From: Candidatus Azambacteria bacterium GW2011_GWA2_42_9
GTDB taxonomy: Bacteria; Patescibacteriota; Minisyncoccia; UBA10092
NCBI GenBank assembly: GCA_000994805.1
Contig: LCEQ01000003.1
Span: forward strand, 1 to 36,095
Reading direction: 5' to 3'
DNA length: 36,095 nt
This document shows, one piece after another, positions 26,504-35,143 of the stretch (position 1 is its first letter; each line of letters opens with the position of its first letter). The position numbers were made by a program, and so were the translations under genes. The notes below the pieces were generated by a model that made no database searches, had not been told where the DNA came from, and saw only the letters and a list, made by a program, of their open reading frames with translations.

Positions 26504-26580
26504 GGGATTCCTCCTCGGCTCTCTTGAGCCATTTTCGGGGTTTTTAGTTATTCGAGAACCAAACCTATTTTTATACCATA

Positions 26581-26631
26581 ATTATATCTTATTTTTCATC
26601 CCTTGTCAAATTGTTATTTTTATGGTACAAT
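26581..26631. promoter_or_regulatory. Divergent promoters sharing TTGTCAA
   Basis: - strand perfect TTGACA(26609-26604)-N17-TATAAT(26586-26581). + strand TTGTCA(26603)-N17-TACAAT(26626) with TG extension. Confidence 0.75.
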
Positions 26632-26711
26632 TGAGGCACGAGTGAAGTTCTGGAACAAAAAAGCCAAAAATCCCAAAAAACCGGCGGTAAATCCGCCAAA
26701 AGGAGGATGTC

Positions 26712-27173
26712 ATGAACGAGCTCGCGTTTGCTCTGGTTGTATGGATCAGCAGCGTAACCGGCTACCCCGTGCCATCTACGGCGGACTTGCCAGAGATCAT
26801 GCAGATGACATCGGCCGAACTGAAGGTCAAGGTGATGGGTGCAAACGCCGAGAAGTCCGATTATGAAATTCTTGGCGGCTACGACGTGAAGGAAAATAAG
26901 CTCTATCTGAGCACGAGTTTCAATCCGCAGAACATCAGGAGCCAGAGCGACCTCGTTCACGAGTTGGTGCATTTCCTCCAGGTGCGCAATCGGACTCGCC
27001 AGCCCCTGTGCGACAACGGCGATGAAGCTGAGGCCTACACGGTCGAAAACCAATGGATGAAGGAACATGGTTTGCCGCCCGCAGTTCCCGAGCAGCACAT
27101 TGTGCTCATGAGTCTTTGCAACGTTGACAGCGTTGATGACGCTGTAGCAATTCTCAAGAGCGAGATGCGCTAA
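26712..27173 (+). CDS. Small HExxH zincin-like protein (DUF6647-like)
   Basis: GGYD....LYL, LVHELVHFLQ, EAEAYTVE..W. AGGAGG SD, GC-rich. Confidence 0.75.
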   Translation: MNELAFALVVWISSVTGYPVPSTADLPEIMQMTSAELKVKVMGANAEKSDYEILGGYDVKENKLYLSTSFNPQNIRSQSDLVHELVHFLQVRNRTRQPLCDNGDEAEAYTVENQWMKEHGLPPAVPEQHIVLMSLCNVDSVDDAVAILKSEMR

Positions 27174-27199
27174 GTTAACCGTGGGCAGGAGAACCGCCG

Positions 27200-27235
27200 G
27201 CCCCATTCCAACTCGGGATGGGGCTTTTCATTTTT
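27200..27235 (+). terminator. Intrinsic terminator
   Basis: GCCCCATTCC-AACTC-GGGATGGGGC followed by TTTTCATTTTT. Confidence 0.75.
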
Positions 27236-27284
27236 GTCTGAAATTTTTTGGATAAAAATCAGAGTTTATGATTATATTATTCAT

Positions 27285-28346
27285 ATGAAGATACTCCATA
27301 TTTTGCCTCCGACAAATATCGGGCCGATTGATAAAAAATTACACACAGCCGGGATGATTCATTCCGTCTGGCTTTTGGATAAGTTTCTAACGAAAAGAGG
27401 GTATGAATCTTATGTTGCTTGGAGCAAAAACAGTAAAATTTGCGGTCGGCTCATACCGATAATAAATAACCTAACAGTTGATAGAATTCGCGAACCTAAA
27501 AAAGATTTTTTTACCAATTATTACGAAAAAATTTTTGACTTGGTTAACGATTCTGATTTTGATATTATCCATAACCATAAAAGGTTTATGGATTCATCAA
27601 TTCCATATCTGACATTTACCGTTGCCCTGACTAAAAAACAGACAGATGGCTACGTTAAGGGCGGTTATCAGGTTGATAAGATTATCAATAATGGTATTGA
27701 CATAAATGAATATCAAATAGGAAAAGGCAGACGGGAATTTTTACTAGCGATTGCCAGGATACTTCCCGATAAAGGCCAGGATGTGGCAATAAAAGTTTCT
27801 CGGCAAACCGGATTGCCTCTGATTATTGCCGGCGATATTTGGGATAAAAAATATTTTCATGAAAAAGTCGAGCCCCATATTGATGGAAAAAAAATAAAAT
27901 ATCTTGGCCCGGTGGATTTTGAAACAAAGATAAAGCTTTATCAAGGGGCCATTGCTTTGCTTGTGCCCGTTGAATGGGAGGAGCCATTTAATTTAACAAT
28001 GGTTGAGGCGATGGCTTGCGGGACGCCCGTAATCGGCTACAATCACGGCGCGATTGCCGAGGTTATTAAAGACGGGGAAACAGGATTTGTCGTTAGTAAT
28101 GTCGAAGAAATGACCGAAGCGGTAAAAAAAATTTCCGGCATTAATAAAAATATTTGCCGGGATTATGTGAAAGACAATTTTAATATAGAAAAGGTTATTG
28201 ATGGATACGAAATGATATATAAGCAAGTGGCAGAAAGGAAAAAATTTCATTCATTTATATATCCGCTAACGAAAATGGGGATTGCGAGTAATAAAAATCT
28301 AAGTTGGGTCGGTTCTTATATAAGGAAAAATATTATTAATTTCTGA
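27285..28346 (+). CDS. Glycosyltransferase family 4
   Basis: MKILHILP, INNGID, ARILPDKG, WEEPFNLTMVEAMACGTPVI, EVIKDGETGF. Confidence 0.93.
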   Translation: MKILHILPPTNIGPIDKKLHTAGMIHSVWLLDKFLTKRGYESYVAWSKNSKICGRLIPIINNLTVDRIREPKKDFFTNYYEKIFDLVNDSDFDIIHNHKRFMDSSIPYLTFTVALTKKQTDGYVKGGYQVDKIINNGIDINEYQIGKGRREFLLAIARILPDKGQDVAIKVSRQTGLPLIIAGDIWDKKYFHEKVEPHIDGKKIKYLGPVDFETKIKLYQGAIALLVPVEWEEPFNLTMVEAMACGTPVIGYNHGAIAEVIKDGETGFVVSNVEEMTEAVKKISGINKNICRDYVKDNFNIEKVIDGYEMIYKQVAERKKFHSFIYPLTKMGIASNKNLSWVGSYIRKNIINF

Positions 28347-29705
28347 TTATTCCAAACGGGATACAAATGTTCTTTTTTTACCATCGGGTCCGATCGGTAT
28401 TTCTTTCAGTATCGATATCGATATATCTGTGTCTTTTCCGAGAATATTTTTAGCATCATGAATTATTTTGTCCTTTATATCTTTTTTAAAAAAATCTTCA
28501 GATTCTGAAACTATATTAAAAACTATTTTATCTTCAGTTTCTTGAACAACCTGATACTGTTTTATTTTATCCGTGAACTGCCAAATCGCAGGCCCGATTT
28601 CAAGAAAATGACTCTGCTTTCCATTAGGCAGAATTATTATTTCTTTAAGCCGTCCTTTGAAAGTTAGAATCGGTAAAGTTCGGCCGCATGCGCAAGGTCC
28701 CGGAATTATTTTTCCTTGATCTCCAACAAGATAACGAATAAACGGCATGATTTTATTTTCAAACATTGTAATGGCAATATTGCCAGTATGACCATGGGGC
28801 AATTGATAACCACGTTCATCAACAATTTCCAAATATAGCCACTCGCTATTTATATGAAAATTTCCAAACTCGCATTCTTGAGCGATTGTCATATTTTCTT
28901 TTGTTCCATAAGAACGGAATACCGGGCATCCGAGGGATTGCTTTATAAACTTTGATTCTTCCGGAGACAATGGCTCGGCTGCCGCGATAACAGCCTTAAT
29001 ATTGTGATTTATGCGGTCATTTTTTATGAGCTTGGCTAAGTGAATAAGAAAAGAAGATAAACTTTCCAAAATTACAGGCATAGAAGCAATCAAGGGATAT
29101 AAATCAAATTTTTTTTGCTCCAGCTCCCTCGGACTTGTGTAACTAAATAATATTCCTTCGGATTCCAAACCCGGATGGTTTGATTTCATTATTTTTATAA
29201 TCTGTCTGGGCTTACCGCAATACCAGTCTAAAAATCGATTGCGAATTGCCAATCTTCTGTTTAGCATTCCAATATCGCCATGAAATTTAAATGGTATTCC
29301 GGTTGATCCTGATGTACTTTTCAAATAAGAATTTTTTTCCGACACGTTTTTTACAGAGCACAATTTAGGAAAAGCCATTTGGAGTTCGGTTTTTGATATT
29401 GTTGTAATTTTTTGAATATCTTCCAATTTGTTAAAATCAACATTAGGGTTGAAATTTGCATTTTCAAATTTTTCTTTCCAAAAAATGACATTGTTGTACG
29501 AAAATATTAATAGATTTCTGATTTGTTTGATTTGGAGCCCCTCCATTGATTTTTTGGAAAAATACTGGCTATATTTAAGACATGCGGTATCTATGTTCGT
29601 CAGGATTTTTTTAATATAAATATTAGGCGAATAATCCAATTTAAATAAGCTCCAAAAACTATTATCGCGCCGTGTTAACATTATTGAGATTATGCTCCGT
29701 ATCAT
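28347..29705 (-). CDS. Phenylacetate-CoA ligase/CapK-like adenylate-forming enzyme
   Basis: STSGSTGIP, AEPL, YGTKE, AQEC, MPFIRYLVGD, CACGR, GR. Confidence 0.88.
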   Translation of the reverse strand: MIRSIISIMLTRRDNSFWSLFKLDYSPNIYIKKILTNIDTACLKYSQYFSKKSMEGLQIKQIRNLLIFSYNNVIFWKEKFENANFNPNVDFNKLEDIQKITTISKTELQMAFPKLCSVKNVSEKNSYLKSTSGSTGIPFKFHGDIGMLNRRLAIRNRFLDWYCGKPRQIIKIMKSNHPGLESEGILFSYTSPRELEQKKFDLYPLIASMPVILESLSSFLIHLAKLIKNDRINHNIKAVIAAAEPLSPEESKFIKQSLGCPVFRSYGTKENMTIAQECEFGNFHINSEWLYLEIVDERGYQLPHGHTGNIAITMFENKIMPFIRYLVGDQGKIIPGPCACGRTLPILTFKGRLKEIIILPNGKQSHFLEIGPAIWQFTDKIKQYQVVQETEDKIVFNIVSESEDFFKKDIKDKIIHDAKNILGKDTDISISILKEIPIGPDGKKRTFVSRLE

Positions 29706-29729
29706 TAAGATTAATTATATACCTTTTTT

Positions 29730-32700
29730 ATGAAGGACTGTCCAAATAATAACGCCGACATCGGTTTTATCGCGCAGGTGCCGTATCATTTTTATGTTTT
29801 TAAAAATATCATAAAACATCTTTCCGATGCGGAATTTATTGTCGGCGAACCATATTCGTACGATGAACCGCCAGAAATACAATCCAAGCGTCTCGGAGGG
29901 CTAATTGATCTGATAGAAAAAGAAAAAATTCCTTGGAGGTTTTTTGATTTTGAAAAAGATCGTAATCCCAGAAATAATTTTTTTGAAAAATATAATATTT
30001 TAGTAGCCACAACTGCCAATGGCATTATCACATCGCCGCTGATAAAATCAATTAAAAAAGTTCGGGTTCAGTACGGCCAGAGCAAGGACGCTTTTGAATT
30101 CGGCGATTGGAACAGATATTTTGATTTAATTCTTGCACAAGGTCCGTATTCAGCGCAACATTTTAGAGCATTAACTCAATGCGTGGAAATCGGCTTCCCT
30201 AAATTCGACGATTGGTTTAACGGCAAAATTGACGGCGCGGACGCAGGAGAACTGAAAAGCAAAATGGATCCGCGAAAAAAAACACTATTGTATTTGCCGA
30301 CGCACGGCGCGCTTTCTTCGCTTGAAAAATATCAAGAACCTCTTTTGTCATTAAGGAACAAGTACAATATTTTGGTCAAATTTCATCCTCGCACAGTTTG
30401 GTATGATTCGGGGCAAGTTTTGTTTTACAAAAATAATGGCTTTGCAACTTATGACGATTCTGCCGATATTTTACCGATGCTGAAAATTGCCGATATCGTT
30501 ATCAGTGATAGCGGCGGCGCAGCTTTTGACGCTCTTTTGGCGGAGAAATCTTTAGTAATTTTGGACGTTCCCATAGCCGCGGAAGAAACGGGAGAACTAC
30601 AAACTCAAGAAAACAGCATAGAACAGGTTATAAAAAGAGAGAGGAAACGAATTGGGCCGGTTGTTGATTCGCCGGATAAATTGGAATCGGCCTTAGAAAT
30701 CGCGGAACAGGAATTTTTTGAAGAACGGCGACGAGAATGGCGAGGGAAATTATTTTCATTTGTTGATGGTAAAGACGGCGAGCGCGCCGCCAGAGAGATT
30801 TTAAGATTTAAAAACAGAGGCCCCAATTATTCTGTTATTATCCCAACGTTTAATCGTTGCCAATCCTTAATTAAAGCTCTTAATTCTACTATAAATCAAA
30901 CCATCTCGGCCTCTAATTACGAAATCCTTGTTGTTGACGACGGATCTGCTGACGACACAAGTGAAGTTGTTTCGGAATTCCAAAAAAAGCATCCGAATGT
31001 CAAATATTTTTACCAACAGAATGGCGGCCCCGCTAAAGCACGCAATAAGGGAATTAAAGAATCTAAAGGTGAAATTATCTTTTTCACCGACGACGATTGT
31101 GTTGTTCCGCCGAATTGGATGGAAACCTTGCTTGATGGATTTGAGAGGTACCCAGGTGTCGCAGGTGTGGGAGGTTGGTACCAGCCGGCAAATAAATCAT
31201 TGGCGGATAAATATTTTCAAAGATATTTAGATTATTTTGATCGGCAAAATAATATTGGCATGATGGATACCGAAATTAAATCAAACATTTTTGGATATAA
31301 CCTTGCGGGTAATACTGCAAACATGGCTTATAAAAAATCTGTTTTGGAAGAAGTAAGTGGATTTGATGAAAAGCTTTATTTCGTCGGTGGCGTGGATTGG
31401 GAATTAAAAAAAAATATCCAAAACCGCGGCTATTATCTTTTGTATGTTCCTTTTATGGTCAATCATTTTAAAAATTTTAACGCGCGAACTTTTATTAAAA
31501 AATTCTTTAATCGGGGCCGCGGATATCATTATATGATAAAAAAACATCCCGATTTAAGAAATAGTTCTTACTACAATGTTAATCTCATAAATCTTTTGGA
31601 GCAAACGGTGAATTATGCGTTAAATGGTAACAAATTTTTACCTCTTCATTTTCATTTTTTGGCCTTGCTTTGCGTTTTTTGCGGCCGGTTTTATGCTAAA
31701 TATATTAATCAATTCAGTAATATTCCTAAAATTCTACTTAATGCGTCAGATAATTTTGAAATCGTTAAAAAAAAGACAGGCGAAGAAAGAATTTTTACAA
31801 CCAAGATTCGGCCGTTCAAATGTTGCGATACAAATACGCGAATACATACTAATAATACGAATAATACTAATAAGATAAAATATTCCATCATCATCCCGAC
31901 ATTTAATCGTTGCCAATCCTTAATCAAAGCTCTTAATTCTACTATAAATCAAACTATCCCAGCCTTTAATTATGAAATTATTGTTATTGATGACGATTCG
32001 ACGGATGATACAAAATCTCAAATTTCCCGCCTTCGCCAAGGCTTTGGCGGGCAAGCAAAACCGGAAATAAGATATTTTAAGATTGAACATGGTGGCCCCG
32101 CCAAAGCCAGAAACAAGGGAATTAAAGAATCTAAAGGTGAAATTATCTTTTTCACCGACGACGATTGTGTTGTTCCGTCGAATTGGATGGAAACCTTGCT
32201 TGATGGTTATAAAAGATATCCCAATATTGTGGGAGTTGGGGGGTGGCTTATAGAACCAAAAGAAACATTAAGAAAGAGTTATTTGGCAAGATATATACAC
32301 TATATTCATTTTTGTATTGATTATTTTCCGGCGTGGACATTATTTAACTGCGAGATTTTAAGCAACGATCCCGAACGGGGATTAGGCAACTTTGCTGGCA
32401 ATACGGCCAATCTGTCCATAAAAAGGGATATTTTGGAACAAATGAGCGGTTTCAGAGAAGATTATTATTGGCCGGGAAGCGAGGACTCGGATTTGTCTTT
32501 CAGGATTCTCAATGCCGGCTTAAAACTTCTATATGTGCCATTTCACGTTGAGCATATTAAAAATATAGATTTATGGGGACTTATGAAATTATTTTTCAAA
32601 CGCGGCGCCAATTTTTATCTTTTTCTGAAATTTAATAAAGAAGCGTTGGATAAAATTAACGCCGGTAATCCGGAAAATTACGATACTTTCCCGATACTTA

Positions 32701-32801
32701 TAAGGCGATTATTTTATCGGCCGCAAAAATTTTTGACCCTATTGCAGTTTTTAAGCCATAAATTGGGAATGGTTTATATGAAAAATAAATTAGGTGAATA
32801 A
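29730..32801 (+). CDS. Fusion of a CDP-glycerol glycerophosphotransferase (TagB/TagF-like) domain and two GT2 domains
   Basis: N-domain QYG, IGFPKFD, LLYLPTH, VKFHP, ADIVISDSGGAAFD. Two copies of SxIIPTFNR..DD.S.D..GPAKARN..FTDDDC, with GG.D / GSED motifs. Confidence 0.9.
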   Translation: MKDCPNNNADIGFIAQVPYHFYVFKNIIKHLSDAEFIVGEPYSYDEPPEIQSKRLGGLIDLIEKEKIPWRFFDFEKDRNPRNNFFEKYNILVATTANGIITSPLIKSIKKVRVQYGQSKDAFEFGDWNRYFDLILAQGPYSAQHFRALTQCVEIGFPKFDDWFNGKIDGADAGELKSKMDPRKKTLLYLPTHGALSSLEKYQEPLLSLRNKYNILVKFHPRTVWYDSGQVLFYKNNGFATYDDSADILPMLKIADIVISDSGGAAFDALLAEKSLVILDVPIAAEETGELQTQENSIEQVIKRERKRIGPVVDSPDKLESALEIAEQEFFEERRREWRGKLFSFVDGKDGERAAREILRFKNRGPNYSVIIPTFNRCQSLIKALNSTINQTISASNYEILVVDDGSADDTSEVVSEFQKKHPNVKYFYQQNGGPAKARNKGIKESKGEIIFFTDDDCVVPPNWMETLLDGFERYPGVAGVGGWYQPANKSLADKYFQRYLDYFDRQNNIGMMDTEIKSNIFGYNLAGNTANMAYKKSVLEEVSGFDEKLYFVGGVDWELKKNIQNRGYYLLYVPFMVNHFKNFNARTFIKKFFNRGRGYHYMIKKHPDLRNSSYYNVNLINLLEQTVNYALNGNKFLPLHFHFLALLCVFCGRFYAKYINQFSNIPKILLNASDNFEIVKKKTGEERIFTTKIRPFKCCDTNTRIHTNNTNNTNKIKYSIIIPTFNRCQSLIKALNSTINQTIPAFNYEIIVIDDDSTDDTKSQISRLRQGFGGQAKPEIRYFKIEHGGPAKARNKGIKESKGEIIFFTDDDCVVPSNWMETLLDGYKRYPNIVGVGGWLIEPKETLRKSYLARYIHYIHFCIDYFPAWTLFNCEILSNDPERGLGNFAGNTANLSIKRDILEQMSGFREDYYWPGSEDSDLSFRILNAGLKLLYVPFHVEHIKNIDLWGLMKLFFKRGANFYLFLKFNKEALDKINAGNPENYDTFPILIRRLFYRPQKFLTLLQFLSHKLGMVYMKNKLGE
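30849..32206 (+). repeat. Near-identical DNA patches shared by the two GT2 domains
   Basis: 30849-30901 vs 31902-31954 (53 bp, 1 mismatch) and 31047-31138 vs 32115-32206 (92 bp, 1 mismatch). Confidence 0.85.
32026..32055. repeat. Palindromic element (family B), in frame in the second GT2 domain
   Basis: CCCGCCTTCGCCAAGGCTTTGGCGGGCAAG, read as RLRQGFGGQA. Absent from the paralogous first domain. Confidence 0.85.
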
Positions 32802-32803
32802 TT

Positions 32804-33712
32804 ATGTATTCTGTCGTTATTCCTACTTATAATCGTTCGGGCTCTCTTTTAAAAACACTATCCTCTGTTGTTAATCAGACGTTGCCCACGGATAATTATG
32901 AAGTTCTAATTATCGACGACGGCTCAATCGACAATACCGAAGAAATAGTAGCAAGGTACAAGCAGCAAGTAGCAAGTCCGGAAATACGGTATTTTAAAAT
33001 TAAACACGGCGGATCAGCGGCAGCTAAAAATTTTGGAATAAAACGGGCGAGGGGCGAAATCGTCTTTTTTACCGACGACGATTGCGTTGTTCCCAAAAAC
33101 TGGATGGTGACGCTTTTGGACGGCTACAGGAGATACCCAGAGGTGGTTGGTGTGGGGGGATATTTCAAGCCGCCGGACGGCGAGAATAGATTTTTTCAAA
33201 AGATGGCTTATTTAATAAACACCCTGGCCGATTCCTTTAATAAAGAAAAGATTATTGACAATTTCTTTTCTTCGGCGGCTTTTTCCGCCAATGTTTCGTA
33301 TAAAAAAGATATCTTGGAAAAAACAGGCGGTTTTGACGAAAACATTTCGGCTACGGCCAGCGTGGAATTAAGATACAGATTAATTGCCAAGCAAAAAGAA
33401 AAAATTCTCTGTATTCCGATGTTTGTCACGCATCATTGCGATTTGAATTTTTTCGGATACATTAAAAAACTTTTCCGCCAGGGCCGATGCAAACAATATT
33501 GCAATGACAAATATTTTAGAGGTAATCCGCCGCTGGCGTTTGACGTAACTTTTTGGCGCGCGTCAAAAAAATTGTTTGTTGCGTTTCATAATATTTTAAA
33601 AATAAAAGATGTAAAAAAACCGGATTTGCCGGCGATTTTTATCTTTTTATTTTTGGAAGCATTCCTCAATGCCGCCGGCGGATCTGTGGAAAAATATTTT
33701 AGTAAATTATGA
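32804..33712 (+). CDS. Glycosyltransferase family 2
   Basis: SVVIPTYNR, IDDGSIDNT, FTDDDC, GGFDE. Paralog of the upstream domains. Confidence 0.92.
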   Translation: MYSVVIPTYNRSGSLLKTLSSVVNQTLPTDNYEVLIIDDGSIDNTEEIVARYKQQVASPEIRYFKIKHGGSAAAKNFGIKRARGEIVFFTDDDCVVPKNWMVTLLDGYRRYPEVVGVGGYFKPPDGENRFFQKMAYLINTLADSFNKEKIIDNFFSSAAFSANVSYKKDILEKTGGFDENISATASVELRYRLIAKQKEKILCIPMFVTHHCDLNFFGYIKKLFRQGRCKQYCNDKYFRGNPPLAFDVTFWRASKKLFVAFHNILKIKDVKKPDLPAIFIFLFLEAFLNAAGGSVEKYFSKL

Positions 33713-33769
33713 TATTATGGTATTCTATAAATTAGTATATTAGTATCGTATTATTAGTATCATATAAAT

Positions 33770-35137
33770 ATGTTCAAAAAAATATTTAGATTTTTGCGCT
33801 TTTCGGTTTTAATAGTGTCATTTTTGTTTTTATTACTACCCTTTATGTTTTTTTCAGTTTTAAATAAAGGAGTTAAAAAAGCGAAACACCTGCTCGGGTT
33901 TAAAAAATCAGCCGACGATCAGTCGTTTTTTGATGATATAGACAATCAAGCATGGGCTGATATGCCGGGCGGCGGCGGCGGCGGCGGCGGCTCAACGCCG
34001 TTTTTGGCCGTTTGGAATGGTAAAGAATATATTTTTGAAAATGATATTTTGTTTTCCGCGAACGACAACTATAGCCCCAGTTTGATAAAATCAAAAATCC
34101 GTTATGAAAGCGGGTTTTGCGGTCCCGATTTATATAAAATCAAAACCAATCCGAAAATAAGCGAAACCGGCGAAATAAAATTTCAAATGCAGGAACGCGA
34201 TCCCGAAGAAAGCTTCATTGATCATTTAAAAGTTTTTAGAGTTACCCATGAAAAAAACAGGGAAATTTTGGTTGATAACAAATATGAAAAATTTTATTCT
34301 CTTGAAAAAAACAAAATTGAAAAAGCGATTTTGCCGGAACAAATTTCAATCAACGGCAAAAAAGCCGAACCCGAGAAAATATTCGGAAAATCTTTTTTAG
34401 AAGAATCAAACGGCATCCGGCTGCGTTACCGGCAGAATGTTTTACTTAGTTTTAAAGGCGTAAAATCCGGCAAAAACAATCATCTGATTCTTAAAGTCCA
34501 AGAAAGGGGGTGGTCGCCCGTTGCTAAAACTTTGTTTACGGTTTTTCCGGCAACGCGGTTTTTGGCGTTTGCTTTCGCGGGGTTTGTTTTGTCTTGGTTT
34601 TTTGGCACCGCCGCTTCAATTTTGCCGTTTATTATTCTCCAAGATGGCAACAAGAGTATTAATTTGTTTTATAAAAATCGCAACTCCTTTAAATTTTTCG
34701 GCAGCGTTCACCCCCGGATGAAAGAATCGGTTGAATTGGTTTCTATTCCCGAGCAAGCGATTTCGGCTGATGGGCGGGTTGATCTGAATCTTGAATGGAC
34801 CAGAACCCACCATTTGGTTTCCATAGGGATAATTGATTTTGTTGAAGACAAAAGCCGAAACTATGAAATTGAGGAATTAAAATTGATAAAAGCGATTCAT
34901 AACGGAAACGGCAAAAACCACGCTTCTTTATTGGGCAGCCGCGATTTAAATTATCTTCACACCGTTCAGGGCGACACCGTTGATTTAGTTTTTAGGTCTC
35001 AAACAAATAATGACAAAAACGACAAGCGATACACCTATCTTTTTTCCGCGAGCGGTTTTTATACCGATTTGAGGCCCCAATATCAAATATCATTTAAAAA
35101 TTTATTTTGGCTTTTAAAAGAAGAAATTAAAGCATAA
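33770..35137 (+). CDS. Hypothetical membrane-anchored protein with a poly-Gly linker and predicted beta-rich domain
   Basis: N-terminal TM, (GGC)8 at 33968-33991, TPFLAVWNGKEYIFENDI, EESFIDHLKVFRVTH, internal hydrophobic segment. Confidence 0.75.
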   Translation: MFKKIFRFLRFSVLIVSFLFLLLPFMFFSVLNKGVKKAKHLLGFKKSADDQSFFDDIDNQAWADMPGGGGGGGGSTPFLAVWNGKEYIFENDILFSANDNYSPSLIKSKIRYESGFCGPDLYKIKTNPKISETGEIKFQMQERDPEESFIDHLKVFRVTHEKNREILVDNKYEKFYSLEKNKIEKAILPEQISINGKKAEPEKIFGKSFLEESNGIRLRYRQNVLLSFKGVKSGKNNHLILKVQERGWSPVAKTLFTVFPATRFLAFAFAGFVLSWFFGTAASILPFIILQDGNKSINLFYKNRNSFKFFGSVHPRMKESVELVSIPEQAISADGRVDLNLEWTRTHHLVSIGIIDFVEDKSRNYEIEELKLIKAIHNGNGKNHASLLGSRDLNYLHTVQGDTVDLVFRSQTNNDKNDKRYTYLFSASGFYTDLRPQYQISFKNLFWLLKEEIKA

Positions 35138-35143
35138 AGCTAT

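Noticed and set aside
30849..32206. Diversity-generating retroelement TR/VR pair
   Set aside because: The mismatches are single C/T changes, both copies are conserved coding parts of GT2 domains, and there is no reverse transcriptase in the window.
559..34813. Many antisense and alternate-frame ORFs in the track (e.g. 10945..11490, 13324..13749, 22004..22486, 26589..27206)
   Set aside because: They are shadows of well-supported genes, with no motifs or initiation signals.
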